Origin: Dicyema japonicum
Lineage: Eukaryota > Animalia > Dicyemida
Reading direction: 5' to 3'
Assembly (NCBI GenBank): GCA_011109175.1
Contig: RDEW01000043.1
Coordinates: 404,076 to 468,075, forward strand
DNA length: 64,000 bases
The translations under genes were made by a program, and so were the position numbers. Of this stretch, positions 62,426-64,000 are shown in pieces (the stretch's first letter is position 1; every line of letters starts with the position of its first letter). The notes under the pieces are model-generated. The model was not told the origin of the DNA. It saw only the letters and a program-made list of their open reading frames with translations, and did not search any database.

Positions 62426-64000
62426 GGAGTGCGGAAAAAAAGTCAAGGCGGGAAAAAAGTCAAGTCGTCTTTTTTAGTTTATATCGCATTTTTGTGATAC
62501 TACTAGCATCTTTTAATTTTTAAAAATTTTTCAATACTTTACTTTTTTCCGCCTGACTTTTTTTCTATTTTTGAAAATTTTTCCCTTATAAATTTTCGAA
62601 ATTTAGCGCAAAATGGAAAAAAAGTCAAGTCCGCTAACGAAATCACGGACTTGACTTTTTTTCCGCTTTGGTATAATCGCTTTGACTAAATCAATTTAAT
62701 AATTTCAAGGTAATAATAAAATTTTTTTTTATTATCAAATGAATAAAAATTAAATTAAGGCATCTGAATGGCCATGCTATTTCCCCTAACAATAGCCAAC
62801 GAGATACGTTCTCGGAACCAACTAGTCTCTCGCGGATCCTTGGTCACAGCTTGAATCATGGAGCCGATCTTACGAACCAACTCATCTGCTTGGGGGCCAA
62901 GGATTCCTAATATAATAAAATTGACTTAACTTTCTTCGCTTTGGTTTAATCTTTTTGACCTTGATTTTTTTCGCTTTGGTTTAATCTTTTTGACTTAATC
63001 AATAAACGGATTTTAAGGATATAATTAGGCGTATTTTAAATATTATGCTTGCCGCAAAAATAAGAGACAAAATGGAGATAATATCAACTAACAAAGGAGG
63101 AAAGAAATTTTGTTTTAAGGGTTTTATGTATAAAAAGCACTCGGTGACAAAAAACTATATAATTTTTAAATGTGTGAAAAAATCTTCACAAGGATGCAGA
63201 GGAAGCCTAAGAACAGATCATAATTTTGAATTTCCCAAAGAAGGAATTTCTCACAATCACGAATTTGACGAAAGTCAAATAAAACTGATGAAATTGTGCA
63301 ACGAAGCAAAACTTATTGCTAAAACGAGTCAAGAAAATCTTACAAATCTATTCAAAGGTTGTGTCTCAATGTGAAACAGCAACCAGAATTATTCTCCCTT
63401 CTGCAGATTCTTTCAAGCGAACACTAAGGAATCAACGCTTGTCTCTACATATTCCAAAAAATATTTCGATCTCGGAGATATTCCATCGTCTTATCTTTAA
63501 CTCTTGGTCCAGATTCAGAAATTTTTTAATTTATGATAATCATAGAAGAACCGAAAGAATATTAATATTCAGCACCAAAACTAATTTAACGTTATTGGAG
63601 AATTCAAAATCATGGTATATGGATGGAAATTTCCCCATGGCACCATGTATCTTCAAGCAAATCCATTTTATCAGGATTCAGTTCAATGCCAGTGCAACTA
63701 CAGTTATTTATGGAATATTACCTTCTACATCACGAAAGATTTACGAAGAATTTTTTGAGGCTATTCAAAATGCAATTCATAATTTGAATTTGGAATTTTG
63801 TCTTGAAACTATTATGGCAACTTTGAAGATTCGGTATTTCGAGCTGTCCTTGCAGTATTTGGGAGACGAATACATATTAGAGGATGTTATTATCATCTAA
63901 GACAGTCAACCTGGAGAAAAATTCAAGAATTGCATCTAGTAAAACAATATAAAGAAAATATTAATTTTAACATTTTTTGCGCAATGATAGACGCTCTTGC
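62426..64000 (+). mobile_element. MULE second copy (partial), with the nested CRE fragment at ~62722-62907
   Basis: Same insertion site and left TIR as 43461. Confidence 0.9.

Larger units (their letters stand above)
53228..64000 (+). repeat. Segmental duplication, copy B (runs off the window)
   Basis: Begins CCACTTACT.GCGAATCTAATGGACCC, equivalent to 34286. Confidence 0.95.

Overview
AT-rich eukaryotic DNA, most likely a fast-evolving animal. The internal introns are ultra-short (22-26 nt), as described for reduced parasites such as dicyemids or myxozoans; this taxon call is inference only. Host genes I can reconstruct: ARID2/BAF200 (-, 12349-15414), an Ig-domain secreted or surface protein (-, ~17631-18810), a divergent RPL23/uL14 (+, 21343-21858), and pinin (-, 39444-40608) head-to-head with an SLC30A9/ZnT9 whose CDS has no introns (+, 40859-42253). 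Most of the rest is nested, decayed transposons: hAT (Buster-type and DUF659-type), pogo/Tigger, MULE, Tc1 remnants, and non-LTR elements of RTE/BovB, Ingi-like, Jockey/I-like, CRE-like and R4/Dong-like types. From 53228 to the window end the sequence is a second copy of 34286-~45058 (offset ~18.94 kb), carrying second pinin, SLC30A9 and MULE copies. Highlights: tiny introns whose 24-nt members mostly carry in-frame stops; a 2A (StopGo) peptide ahead of a LINE endonuclease; a dispersed ~300-bp retroposon with an HDV-ribozyme-like double-pseudoknot fold; many dispersed CRE-like insertions; and mosaic divergence across the duplication. Single-base deletions in conserved genes suggest imperfect assembly polishing. 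All family assignments are by motif recognition, not database search.
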